DNA of 64,000 nucleotides from NCBI GenBank assembly GCA_045655865.1, contig JAZOQB010000047.1:1261-65260 (forward strand), in the 5' to 3' direction. Within the stretch, counting starts at the first letter, position 1. Every line of letters starts with the position of its first letter. The position numbers were made by a program, and so were the translations under genes. This document shows, piece by piece, positions 30,326 through 39,700 of the stretch. Source of the stretch: Eubacteriales bacterium. GTDB lineage: Bacteria > Bacillota > Clostridia > Oscillospirales > SIG627. Below the pieces are notes generated by a model, which was not told where the DNA came from, made no database searches, and saw only the letters and a list, made by a program, of their open reading frames with translations.

Positions 30326-31050
30326 CTTCTCCTCCTGGATCCGGTCACCATAGCCAAAAGCCGCAAAAATTGCACGAGAGATACGGCCAGGGATGCCACG
30401 TAAGTTAAAGCAGCGGCATTCAAAGTTTTTCGTGCTCCCACCAATTCCTCCCGGCTCAAGATGTCCCCCTCTTCCAAAGCCGTGATGGCACGGTGGGAAG
30501 CATTGTATTCCGTAGGCAGGGTCACAAGCTGAAAAATTACGCAAAGGCTATAACAGAAAACACCGATCAGGGCCAATTCATACCCAAAAGGATACTCCAC
30601 GTAAAGACCCAGAAGCAGTCCGATCAGAATCAGGGGCATAGAAAGACGGGAACCGATATTCGTCACAGGAACGATGGCCGAACGGATGCGAATGGGAAGG
30701 TATCCCTTCGCATGCTGAACTGCGTGCCCTGCCTCGTGAGCGGCAACGCCGATGGCGGCAGTGGAAGCGGAATCGTATACCGCTTCGGATAGATAGATGG
30801 TATTGTCACGGGGATCAAAATGATCCGTTAGATTTCCTGCCGTTCGGGTAACCGACACCCCCTCCACACCGTTTGCATCAAGCACCTTTTTTGCTGCCTG
30901 AGCGGCAGTGATTCCTCGGCGGGAAAACTGGGAAGAATAGCGCTTGAAGGTGCTGTTCACGTTGGCGCTGGCGATCATGGAACCGATGGCCGCAATCAGC
31001 ACTAAGGGATATCCGAACACTTCAAAAATGCCCAGCAATTGATTCCACAT
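30322..31050 (-). CDS. Membrane zinc metallopeptidase (Zn_peptidase_2 / YpjD-like family)
   Basis: 242-aa ORF. HEAGHAVQH zincin motif between hydrophobic segments. Confidence 0.85.
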   Translation of the reverse strand: MWNQLLGIFEVFGYPLVLIAAIGSMIASANVNSTFKRYSSQFSRRGITAAQAAKKVLDANGVEGVSVTRTAGNLTDHFDPRDNTIYLSEAVYDSASTAAIGVAAHEAGHAVQHAKGYLPIRIRSAIVPVTNIGSRLSMPLILIGLLLGLYVEYPFGYELALIGVFCYSLCVIFQLVTLPTEYNASHRAITALEEGDILSREELVGARKTLNAAALTYVASLAVSLVQFLRLLAMVTGSRRRR

Positions 31051-31085
31051 AATCTTTCCTCTCTCTATTTTTCTTGCGTGCCAAC

Positions 31086-31382
31086 TTATTTTGGCAACTG
31101 AATTTTCGGGTCTTTTTTGCTCTTCTTATAAAGGACAAATTTTCTGCCGATCACTTGCACCCCTTCACAGCCGAGAAGTTGGCACACTTGTCTGGAAACC
31201 TCCTTGGGATCCAGATCGGCATTTTCCAAAACACTTACCTTGACCAGTTCGTTTTTCTCAAGTCCTTCCCGAATTTGAGTCAAAAAGGCGTCGTCCTCAA
31301 AACCTGCCTTTCCTACTTGATATTTGGCGGGAAGCGCGTTGGAAAGTGAACGAAGATAAGCTCTTTGCTTGCCTGTAATCAT
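31086..31382 (-). CDS. yhbY: YhbY-family (CRM domain) ribosome-assembly RNA-binding protein
   Basis: MITGKQRAYLRSLSNALPAKYQVGKAG... with the canonical CRS1/YhbY start. AGGAGA lies upstream of ATG 31382. Confidence 0.88.
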   Translation of the reverse strand: MITGKQRAYLRSLSNALPAKYQVGKAGFEDDAFLTQIREGLEKNELVKVSVLENADLDPKEVSRQVCQLLGCEGVQVIGRKFVLYKKSKKDPKIQLPK

Positions 31383-31451
31383 AGTATTTCTCCTACGAGT
31401 AAAATAAGTACTCCATTTTATCATTTTCTCTTTTCCTTGTCAACCAACGTC

Positions 31452-31480
31452 TTTACAAATCCGGAAAAAAGTGGTATACT
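31452..31480 (+). promoter_or_regulatory. Predicted sigma-A promoter of the ktrBA operon
   Basis: -35 TTTACA (31452-31457), 17-nt spacer, TGg-extended -10 TATACT (31475-31480). Confidence 0.6.
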
Positions 31481-31539
31481 GAAAATTGATCTAATCGCAA
31501 GATCCATTTGTAAATTTAGGATACTATGACTGAAAACGG

Positions 31540-32889
31540 ATGAGAAAAATGAAAAGATTTTTTAAAAATTTTTCCCATGTGCAGATCATCGCCACTGGAT
31601 TTCTTGTCCTGATCCTACTGGGAACTTTGGCTTTGATGCTCCCCTTTTCCACACAAGGAGAAGAAAATGTCTCTTTTTTAGACGCTCTCTTTACCGCTAC
31701 CAGCGCTTCTTGCGTCACGGGGCTTGTAACCTTAGATACCGGAACGGTCTGGTCCGGGTTCGGCCAAGGCGTCATCCTCTTTTTGATCCAGATCGGCGGG
31801 CTTGGATTTATGACCATTGCCACTTTTTTCTTCATTCTCTTCCGAAAGCGCATGGGTCTGCGCCAGCGGGAGGTGATGAGTGAGAGCATCAACGCTTCCA
31901 GCATCGGCGGAATCCGTCGTCTGGCAAAGCACATCGTCGGGGGAACTCTTCTTTTTGAAGGCATAGGAGCCATCATTTTATCTCTGCGCTTTGCCCTAAG
32001 ATACGGTTTTTCACCCGGAAAGGCGATCTGGTTTGGTGTATTTCACTCCATTTCCGCCTTTTGCAACGCCGGTTTCGATCTAAACGGAGGATTTTCCTCT
32101 TTCTCCGGTTATTCCGGTGACTGGATAATCTGCATGACCTTGATGATTCTGGTCGTTGTGGGCGGCCTTGGCTTTTTCGTGTGGGAGGATATCAAAAATC
32201 ACAGGCTTCTCTTTCGTCGCTATCATCTGCATACAAAAATCGTTCTCACAGCAACTTTCCTTTTAATCTTCTTGCCCGCCCTGCTGTTTTTTATTCTGGA
32301 AGCGGATGCTTCCCACCGCGGAATGGACACAGCAAGCGCTCTGCTTGCCAGTCTCTTTGACGCCGTCTCACCCAGGACTGCGGGAATGAATATCACCGAC
32401 ACCGCCTCCCTATCTCCCGGCGGCTTTCTCTTAACGATCCTTTTGATGTTCATCGGCGGAAGCCCCAGCTCTACAGCAGGCGGAATTAAGACCACCACTT
32501 TGGCAATTTTGATCTTGTTTTCGATCGCCACCATTCGCAAATCCCGTTTTACAGGGGCCTTTGGAAAACGTTTTCGTGAAGACAACATCTACAAAGCGGT
32601 GAGCGTTTTCTTTGTCAATCTTTCCATGGCACTTTTGGGTGTTTTCGTCATTGCGGCCATGCAACCGTCCCTTGGATTTGTGAACATTTCCTTCGAAGTG
32701 TTTTCCGCCATTGGGACCGTGGGCATGAGTACCGGCATTACCCGGGATCTGGAATGTGCCTCACGGCTTGTCATCATTCTCTTGATGTTTTGCGGTCGGG
32801 TAGGAAGCATTTCTTTCGGCGCGGCGCTCATGGAAAAGAAAGCACCGCCACCTGTCATGGCACCCTATGAAGACATCACCGTCGGGTGA
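31540..32889 (+). CDS. ktrB: TrkH/KtrB-family K+ uptake membrane subunit
   Basis: 449 aa with fourfold M1-P-M2 repeats and selectivity-filter-like glycines (SASCVTGL, FCNAGF, PRTAGM, IGTVGMS). Confidence 0.9.
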   Translation: MRKMKRFFKNFSHVQIIATGFLVLILLGTLALMLPFSTQGEENVSFLDALFTATSASCVTGLVTLDTGTVWSGFGQGVILFLIQIGGLGFMTIATFFFILFRKRMGLRQREVMSESINASSIGGIRRLAKHIVGGTLLFEGIGAIILSLRFALRYGFSPGKAIWFGVFHSISAFCNAGFDLNGGFSSFSGYSGDWIICMTLMILVVVGGLGFFVWEDIKNHRLLFRRYHLHTKIVLTATFLLIFLPALLFFILEADASHRGMDTASALLASLFDAVSPRTAGMNITDTASLSPGGFLLTILLMFIGGSPSSTAGGIKTTTLAILILFSIATIRKSRFTGAFGKRFREDNIYKAVSVFFVNLSMALLGVFVIAAMQPSLGFVNISFEVFSAIGTVGMSTGITRDLECASRLVIILLMFCGRVGSISFGAALMEKKAPPPVMAPYEDITVG

Positions 32890-32908
32890 TGACGTAAGGA
32901 GAAAAAAT

Positions 32909-33553
32909 ATGAAAACATTTTTGGTCATCGGTGTTGGATCATACGGTTATCACTTGATCCGTTCACTCTCGGAACAACGCTGTGAAATTTTGGTAGTCGA
33001 TCGCGATGAAAAACGTCTGGAATCGGTTTTACCTTGGGCCACAAGTGCTAAAATTGCGGACTGCACCAATGCCGAGGTTCTGGCCTCTTTTGACGTTGAC
33101 AGTTTTGACGCTTGTTTTGTCTGCGTGGATTCGGATTTTGTGGCGGCTCTTCAGATCACATGTCTTTTAAAGGATCTGGGCGCAAAAATGATCTACAGTT
33201 GTGCCGATCAGGATCTGCAAGCAAGACTTCTCTCCAGAAACGGTGCAGACGCCATCATTTATCCGGAGAAGGATATGGCTCGCCGTATGGCTTTGAACGT
33301 GAGCTGTGAAAATATTTTCGATTCCTTTGAATTGGCTGAAGATTTCTATGTTTTTGAGATCGCAGTACGCAAAGAATGGATCGGAAAGACTCTGCGGGAA
33401 TTGAACTTCCGCGCTCACTTCTCTCTTAACGTTCTGGCAATCAAAGAGGATGAAAAGGTCTTCCCCATCAATTCACCCGATTACATTTTCCGGGAAAACA
33501 CTCACATTCTGGTGATGGGAAAACGGGAGGACATATACAAAGTCATCAATTAA
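32909..33553 (+). CDS. ktrA: TrkA/KtrA-family K+ uptake regulatory (RCK) subunit
   Basis: MKTFLVIGVGSYGYHL (GxGxxG Rossmann) plus a TrkA_C domain. ATG 32909 follows AGGAGA. The track start at 32867 overlaps ktrB. Confidence 0.88.
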   Translation: MKTFLVIGVGSYGYHLIRSLSEQRCEILVVDRDEKRLESVLPWATSAKIADCTNAEVLASFDVDSFDACFVCVDSDFVAALQITCLLKDLGAKMIYSCADQDLQARLLSRNGADAIIYPEKDMARRMALNVSCENIFDSFELAEDFYVFEIAVRKEWIGKTLRELNFRAHFSLNVLAIKEDEKVFPINSPDYIFRENTHILVMGKREDIYKVIN

Positions 33554-33587
33554 AGAATAAATGGCAAAAAAATCTATAAAAATTATT

Positions 33588-33621
33588 CATAACAGGTTAA
33601 AATAAACCTGTTATGATTTTT
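33588..33621 (+). terminator. Intrinsic terminator after ktrA
   Basis: 10-bp stem CATAACAGGT / ACCTGTTATG, followed by ATTTTTC. Confidence 0.7.
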
Positions 33622-33662
33622 CTGGGATAAAATTTTAATTTTTGCAGAGGAGGGAATATCAA

Positions 33663-36641
33663 ATGCTCAAGCTTATTGATATCAAAAAAGATTATCTTTC
33701 CGGAAGCGAAAAGGTTGAGGCGCTGAAAGGTGTTACACTTTCTTTTCGCAAAAGTGAATTTGTCTCTATTTTAGGTCCTTCCGGCTGCGGTAAAACTACC
33801 CTTCTTAACATCGTAGGCGGACTGGATCAATATACCTCCGGAGATCTTGTCATAGGCGGCAAGAGCACCAAGGACTTCAAAGACATAGACTGGGATACTT
33901 ACCGCAACCACTCCATCGGCTTTGTCTTCCAGAACTATAACCTGATCCCCCACCAAAGCGTTTTGGCCAACGTAGAATTGGCTTTGACCCTCTCCGGCGT
34001 GGATAAGGCTGAGAGAAAAAAGAGAGCCATTACCGCTCTGGAAAAAGTAGGGCTGAAGGATCAAATGAAAAAAAGGCCCAACCAGCTTTCCGGCGGTCAA
34101 ATGCAACGCGTGGCCATTGCCCGCGCTCTTGTAAACGATCCGGAAATTTTATTGGCGGACGAACCGACCGGTGCCTTGGATTCCGTAACCAGCGTACAGA
34201 TCATGGAGATCTTAAAAGAGGTTGCCAAAGAGAAACTGGTGATCATGGTCACGCATAACCCGGACCTGGCAGAAAAATACTCCACCCGTATCATCAAGTT
34301 CTTGGACGGACGGATATCAGATGACTCCAATCCCCTCTCGAAAACAGATGCTCCGGAAATTTCTACCAAAGCAAAAAAAGAAAAAAAGCCTTCTATGTCC
34401 CTTTCCACGGCCCTTTCCCTTTCTTTGAACAATCTTATGACCAAGAAAGGAAGGACTCTTTTGACCGCCATTGCCGGATCCATCGGGATCATTGGCATTG
34501 CACTGATCCTTTCCCTTTCCAACGGGATCAACACCTATATCAACTCAGTACAAGAAAATACCCTTTCCAGCTACCCCATTACCATTCAAGCAGAAAGCGT
34601 AGATCTCTCAACGCTCATGACTTCCCTGATGGGGGTCAACCGCCAGGATCCGGAAAACATGCATGAAAATGATGCAGTGTATTCCTCCAGCGTGATGAAG
34701 GATATGGTAAACTCTCTGAACAACGCGCAGATACAGACAAACAATCTGACTTTATTCAAAGAATTTATCGAGCAAAACGGCCAAGGGATCCAGGATTATG
34801 TTTCCAACATTCAGTATTCTTACGATCTTCCCATGAACATTTACACCAAAGATGACACCGGAAAGATCGTTAAGAGCGATATGGAAGAGATCTGGACGGG
34901 AATCTTTTCCCAGATGGGTTTTTCTCAGCAAAGCATGCCCCTGGGCTCTTCCAACTCCCAGATGGGAATGAACGCCATTCCCCTGTGGCAGGAAATGCTC
35001 CCCAACCAGGATGGGAGTGGCATCAGTCCTCTTTTGATTGAGCAATACGATCTGATTTACGGCAGCTGGCCCGAATCATACGATCAGGTGGTATTGGTAG
35101 TCAATGAATACAACGAACTGAGCGATTTGATCCTTTGCGGATTGGGCCTAAAATCCATCGAGGAGATCGCCAAAGAGACCATGGCTTCTCAAAAAGGAGA
35201 GATTCTTGACACCACCAAACAATCCTGGAGCTATGAAGAGATTTGTCAAAAAAAATTCAGGCTCTTTTTATCCAGCGATCTGTATCAGAAAAATCTGGGC
35301 GGTGGATATACGCTTTTGACCGAAACAGAAAAGGGGCTGGATTATCTGTATGCCAGCGAAAAGGGTCTTGACATCAAGATCTGCGGCATCATCCGCCAAA
35401 AGGAAGATGCTGTGGCAGGCATGATGACCGGTGCTCTTGGGTACACGGCGGATCTAACCCGGTACCTGATCGAAAAGACCGAAGAGAGTCTGATGATTCA
35501 GGAACAAAAAAACAATCCGGAAAACGACATTATTTTAAACCTCCCCTTCCTGCCCGAAAATTTTGTGGAAGCTTCTGACCAGGAAAAAGCAGATCTGATC
35601 CGGGAGCATCTTCTATCTTTGGATGTCGCAAAAAAAGCGGAGATCTATATTACCATTACTTCCACCCCCACAAAAGACTATCTGGACAGCTCCGTGGAAA
35701 AGATGCTGACCGGCATGACCCGGGAAAAAATGGAAAACATGGTGATGCAGTTTCTAGCCTCTCAAGAAAAAGAAGGAACTGATATTTCCTACATTCAGGA
35801 ATACATCACCAATATGAGCGATGAAGAACTTTTCGAAGCGGTACGGGAAGGACTGGAAAACCAAATTGCCCAGCAGTATCAACAGCAAGTATCCCAAGGT
35901 CTGGCAATGTACTCCCAGGCGCAACTGGCAGGAATGCTGGAGATGGCCCTTCGCAATCCCGACGCTTATTCCCTTTCCCAAATGGTTTCCTTCTACGACG
36001 ATTATATGCCCCCCTCTCATTCCGAAAAAACTTTGGATGAGAATCTTGAAAGCCTTGGCTGGGTTGACAAAAAGAGCCCCAGTGCCGTGAACATCTACGC
36101 CAAGACCTTCGAAGACAAGGACCGCATCAATAACGCCATTGCCGCCTATAACATGGACAAACAAGAAGAAGACAAGATCAGTTACACCGACTACATGGCC
36201 CTTCTCATGTCATCCATTTCCACCATTATCAACGCCATCTCCTATGTTCTGGTATCCTTTGTTGCAGTATCTCTTGTGGTTTCTTCCATTATGATCGGCA
36301 TCATCACCTATATCTCCGTTTTGGAACGCACCAAAGAGATCGGAATTCTCCGTGCCATCGGCGCGTCCAAAAAGGATATTTCCCGCGTATTCAATGCAGA
36401 AAGCATTATTGAGGGGCTGGCCGCCGGCGTCATCGGCATTATCATTTCTCTTGTTTTGCTCATTCCCATCAACATCATCATACGGTATTTGACCGGAATT
36501 TCCTCCATCGGTGCTGCCCTGCCTGTGGTGGGAGGGATAAGCTTGGTAATCATCAGCGTGCTACTCTCCTTCATTGCAGGTCTTATTCCCTCTAGATTTG
36601 CGGCAAAAAAAGATCCGGTAGAGGCGCTACGCACCGAATAA
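33663..36641 (+). CDS. Fused MacB-type ABC transporter (ATPase + FtsX permease) with a very large extracytoplasmic domain
   Basis: N-terminal ATPase (GPSGCGKTT, LSGGQMQR, LLADEPTGALD). A TM helix near aa 270, about 580 aa of soluble sequence, then a C-terminal FtsX 3-TM bundle. ATG 33663 follows GGAGGG. Confidence 0.9.
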   Translation: MLKLIDIKKDYLSGSEKVEALKGVTLSFRKSEFVSILGPSGCGKTTLLNIVGGLDQYTSGDLVIGGKSTKDFKDIDWDTYRNHSIGFVFQNYNLIPHQSVLANVELALTLSGVDKAERKKRAITALEKVGLKDQMKKRPNQLSGGQMQRVAIARALVNDPEILLADEPTGALDSVTSVQIMEILKEVAKEKLVIMVTHNPDLAEKYSTRIIKFLDGRISDDSNPLSKTDAPEISTKAKKEKKPSMSLSTALSLSLNNLMTKKGRTLLTAIAGSIGIIGIALILSLSNGINTYINSVQENTLSSYPITIQAESVDLSTLMTSLMGVNRQDPENMHENDAVYSSSVMKDMVNSLNNAQIQTNNLTLFKEFIEQNGQGIQDYVSNIQYSYDLPMNIYTKDDTGKIVKSDMEEIWTGIFSQMGFSQQSMPLGSSNSQMGMNAIPLWQEMLPNQDGSGISPLLIEQYDLIYGSWPESYDQVVLVVNEYNELSDLILCGLGLKSIEEIAKETMASQKGEILDTTKQSWSYEEICQKKFRLFLSSDLYQKNLGGGYTLLTETEKGLDYLYASEKGLDIKICGIIRQKEDAVAGMMTGALGYTADLTRYLIEKTEESLMIQEQKNNPENDIILNLPFLPENFVEASDQEKADLIREHLLSLDVAKKAEIYITITSTPTKDYLDSSVEKMLTGMTREKMENMVMQFLASQEKEGTDISYIQEYITNMSDEELFEAVREGLENQIAQQYQQQVSQGLAMYSQAQLAGMLEMALRNPDAYSLSQMVSFYDDYMPPSHSEKTLDENLESLGWVDKKSPSAVNIYAKTFEDKDRINNAIAAYNMDKQEEDKISYTDYMALLMSSISTIINAISYVLVSFVAVSLVVSSIMIGIITYISVLERTKEIGILRAIGASKKDISRVFNAESIIEGLAAGVIGIIISLVLLIPINIIIRYLTGISSIGAALPVVGGISLVIISVLLSFIAGLIPSRFAAKKDPVEALRTE

Positions 36642-36659
36642 GCGCAGAATTTTTTCCGA

Positions 36660-36710
36660 TTCCCAAAGGCCGGAAAAACCGGCTTTTGGGAATTTCTTAT
36701 TTTTCTTTTT
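36660..36710 (+). terminator. Intrinsic terminator after the ABC fusion gene
   Basis: TTCCCAAAGGCCGG-AAAAA-CCGGCTTTTGGGAA (13-14 bp, one G-U), followed by TTTCTTATTTTTCTTTTT. Confidence 0.85.
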
Positions 36711-36739
36711 GATTTATTCAGAATTTTTTAACATTTTTT

Positions 36740-36768
36740 TTGACAAGTGAACGCCAATATGGTATACT
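36740..36768 (+). promoter_or_regulatory. Predicted sigma-A promoter of darA-holB
   Basis: -35 TTGACA (36740-36745), 17-nt spacer, TGg-extended -10 TATACT (36763-36768). Confidence 0.75.
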
Positions 36769-36845
36769 AAGTTAGAATAAAACAGTACATGGTGAGAGTG
36801 CGCAAAAGCAAACACCAAACTTAGCGTAACAGGAGGTCTTTGCAT

Positions 36846-37169
36846 ATGAAAATGATTTTTGCTATCGTTAGCAACGAAGATGCATCCAAAGTGATCAAAG
36901 CTTTGAATCAAGAACATTTTTCTGCTACCAGGCTGGCCTCCAGCGGCGGCTTTTTATTAAAAGGAAACACCACGATCATCTCCGGTGTCCAGGACGATCA
37001 GGTTCAGCGCGTCAAAGAACTGATCAAGGAACATTCCAAAAAAAGAACCCAGCTTATGCCCATTGACTACCCACATTACAGCCACGGCGTGGCTCCGTAT
37101 CCCGTAGAGATCACCATTGGCGGTGCGACGATCTTTGTGATGGATGTGGAATCTTACGAAAAAGACTGA
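36846..37169 (+). CDS. darA: Cyclic-di-AMP receptor, PII-like protein DarA (YaaQ/PstA)
   Basis: MKMIFAIVSNEDASKVIKALNQEHFSATRLASSGGFLLKGNTT... closely parallels B. subtilis YaaQ. AGGAGG lies 9 nt upstream of ATG 36846. Confidence 0.9.
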   Translation: MKMIFAIVSNEDASKVIKALNQEHFSATRLASSGGFLLKGNTTIISGVQDDQVQRVKELIKEHSKKRTQLMPIDYPHYSHGVAPYPVEITIGGATIFVMDVESYEKD

Positions 37170-37177
37170 AGCAGGAC

Positions 37178-38173
37178 ATGAGTCTCATCCTTGAAAATCA
37201 ATCCCTGTTAAACACGCTCTTCTCCCTTGTTCGCAAAGGACGTTTGGCAGGGTGTTATCTTATCGAGGGCGATGAAGGAACAGGAAAACTAGCCGTGGCA
37301 CGTCAGGGAGCTGCGGCCCTGTGCTGTTCTCATCGAAATGAAGACGGTTCGCCCTGTCTTGTCTGTCGAAGTTGCCGCAACATTCTTTCCGGCGGTCACG
37401 TGGATGTGGTGGAGCTACGGCCGGAAGAATCCGGAAAAAACATTTCTGTAGACCGGGTGCGGGCCATGCTTCAAAATACTCACACCACCGCTTCTGAAGG
37501 TCTTTGGCGAATATTTATTGTAGAAGAAAGCGAAGGGATGAACAAGGCCGCGCAAAATGCGCTTTTAAAAAGCATTGAGGAGCCTCGGCCACACACTGTT
37601 TTCTTCCTTCTTACCCGAGATCGCACGCGTTTGCTTCCAACAGTCCGCAGCCGTAGTGTGCTACTAAAAACCGAGACGCTTGCCCCTGAGCTGATTCAAA
37701 AATTCCTGGAGCAGGACGGTGTCTTGCCCGAGAGAGCAAAAGAGCTATCCATTTTGGCAAAAGGATCTCTCGGCAGAGCCAGGGCTCTTTGCCATAACGA
37801 GCATTATTTTGCCATTCGGGAAAAACTCCTTTCCTATTTTTCCTCTATTTTGGAAGGCGCCAGCTTTACCCGACTGTGCTTGATCTTCCCTCCGGCAAAT
37901 TCGGATCGAAAAGATTTTTCCCTCTTTTTTGCTATGGCCAAATCCGCTTTGCGTGATTTGATCTTCGCCCATTACGGACGAAAAGAGGAAATGTCATTTT
38001 TCACCTCAGGCAGCCTCTTGTCTGATTTATCTGAGCTCATCAATCCAGAGCGAGCGGTGGAGCTGTTTGAATTTGCTGACGATATGACCCAAGCCGCAGA
38101 GCAAAACGTGAATATTTTCTCTGCCCTCTCCAGTTTTCATCAAGCGGCGCAAAAACTTTGCACAACGCTTTAA
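37178..38173 (+). CDS. holB: DNA polymerase III delta' subunit HolB
   Basis: 331 aa. AAA+-like GDEGTGK P-loop, zinc module C..C.SC, and SRS sensor (VRSRS). Confidence 0.9.
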   Translation: MSLILENQSLLNTLFSLVRKGRLAGCYLIEGDEGTGKLAVARQGAAALCCSHRNEDGSPCLVCRSCRNILSGGHVDVVELRPEESGKNISVDRVRAMLQNTHTTASEGLWRIFIVEESEGMNKAAQNALLKSIEEPRPHTVFFLLTRDRTRLLPTVRSRSVLLKTETLAPELIQKFLEQDGVLPERAKELSILAKGSLGRARALCHNEHYFAIREKLLSYFSSILEGASFTRLCLIFPPANSDRKDFSLFFAMAKSALRDLIFAHYGRKEEMSFFTSGSLLSDLSELINPERAVELFEFADDMTQAAEQNVNIFSALSSFHQAAQKLCTTL

Positions 38174-38390
38174 AAAAGAACCGTTTTATTTCATTTTCAT
38201 ATAATAGCTATGTGTCCTTTTCCTTTCATGGAAAAAACGAAACAGTGCGGTTTTGCTTCGTTTTTCCTCGGGAAATTGTCCTTGAAACGCCATGCTTTTT
38301 GTTTTTTGCAAAAATTGCGTCGGCACGTTCATTGGTATCGACATTGAGCGTACAATCAGTAACTTGTGAAAGGATTGGCCCCTTTTTACT

Positions 38391-39692
38391 ATGGATACAA
38401 ACAAAGGAAAAATCATTATCTCCGGCGGAAAACCTCTTTCAGGGGAAATCGCTGTCTCCGGAATGAAAAACGCTGCCGTGGCAATCCTATTTTCCACGAT
38501 CCTTACCGAGGATAAATGCATCATTGAAAATTTGCCTGACATTAGTGATGTAAACGTTTCCCTGCAAATTTTGGAGTCAATTGGCGTCAAAGTAAAAAAA
38601 ATCGGGAAAAATACCGTGGAAATTGACTCATCTTTCGTCTCTCCCGGGATCGCGCCCTATGAATTGGTAAGCAAAATGCGCGCCTCTTATTATTTGATCG
38701 GCGGGGAACTTGGAAGATTTGGCAGAGCTTTCGTCGGTCTGCCGGGAGGATGCGATTTTGGCGTTCGTCCCATAGATCAGCACATTAAGGGCTTTGAAGC
38801 GCTTGGGTGCGACGTGAAGGTAGACGGAGGTTACATAGAGGCCAAAGCGGAAGGCGGTACCTTGCGCGGCTCTTCCGTCTATATGGACGTTGTGACTGTG
38901 GGTGGTACCATCAACGTTATGCTGGCCGCAGTAAAGGCCGAGGGCACCACCGTAATCGAAAACGCAGCCCACGAGCCCCACATTGTGGATACAGCAAACT
39001 TTCTCAATGCCTGTGGAGCTGATATCAGCGGTGCCGGTACGGACGTAATCCGTATCCGCGGCGTAAAGAAACTCCACGGCGTTACCTACACCATCATTCC
39101 CGATATGATCGAGGCCGGAACCTTTATGATTCTGGCAGCCGCTACCAACGGTTGCCTGAAAGTGACCAACGTGATCCCAAAGCACCTGGATTCGGTTACG
39201 GCGAAACTTTGTGAAATGGGTGTAGAAGTAGAAGAAGATGGAGATACTCTTACTGTAAAAAGAGGCGATGCGCCTTTAAATAAAGTCAATGTCAAAACTC
39301 TTCCCTACCCCGGATTTCCTACCGATATGAACCCGCAGATGTGTGTACTACTAAGTTTAGCCAAAGGAGTATCCCGATTGACGGAGGGTGTTTGGGAAAC
39401 ACGCTTTCGCTATGTCGAAGAATTAAAGCGCATGGGCGCTAAAATTAATATTAACGGAAGGACCGCAGAAGTGGAGGGCATCCCGGCATTGCAAGGAACT
39501 TCCGTGCGAGCGGTGGACCTGAGAGCCGGATGCGCCATGGTAATTGCAGGTCTGGCAGCAAAGGGAATTACGGAAATTGACGAGATCTATCACATCTTCC
39601 GTGGGTATGAGAACCTCATCGACAAACTCCAGGCGGTAGGCGCGGACATTAAAGTCGTCTATCCCAAGAGCTTACAATTCAGTGATTTTTAA
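38391..39692 (+). CDS. murA: UDP-N-acetylglucosamine 1-carboxyvinyltransferase MurA
   Basis: 433 aa. ISGGKPLSGEIAVSGMKNA start and active-site loop LPGGCDFGVRPIDQH with the catalytic Cys. Confidence 0.96.
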   Translation: MDTNKGKIIISGGKPLSGEIAVSGMKNAAVAILFSTILTEDKCIIENLPDISDVNVSLQILESIGVKVKKIGKNTVEIDSSFVSPGIAPYELVSKMRASYYLIGGELGRFGRAFVGLPGGCDFGVRPIDQHIKGFEALGCDVKVDGGYIEAKAEGGTLRGSSVYMDVVTVGGTINVMLAAVKAEGTTVIENAAHEPHIVDTANFLNACGADISGAGTDVIRIRGVKKLHGVTYTIIPDMIEAGTFMILAAATNGCLKVTNVIPKHLDSVTAKLCEMGVEVEEDGDTLTVKRGDAPLNKVNVKTLPYPGFPTDMNPQMCVLLSLAKGVSRLTEGVWETRFRYVEELKRMGAKININGRTAEVEGIPALQGTSVRAVDLRAGCAMVIAGLAAKGITEIDEIYHIFRGYENLIDKLQAVGADIKVVYPKSLQFSDF

Positions 39693-39700
39693 AGGTTAAT

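Noticed and set aside
31481-31539. A c-di-AMP (ydaO/kimA-type) riboswitch upstream of ktrB
   Set aside because: The predicted leader is only about 60 nt, with one short hairpin (GATCT/AGATC). This is too small for that aptamer.
38231-38266. The hairpin AAAAACGAA...TTCGTTTTT in the holB-murA gap as a holB terminator
   Set aside because: The stem is A/U-rich, only 9 bp, with a 15-nt loop. It is too weak to call. The 217-nt gap showed no other convincing RNA element or small ORF with an RBS.
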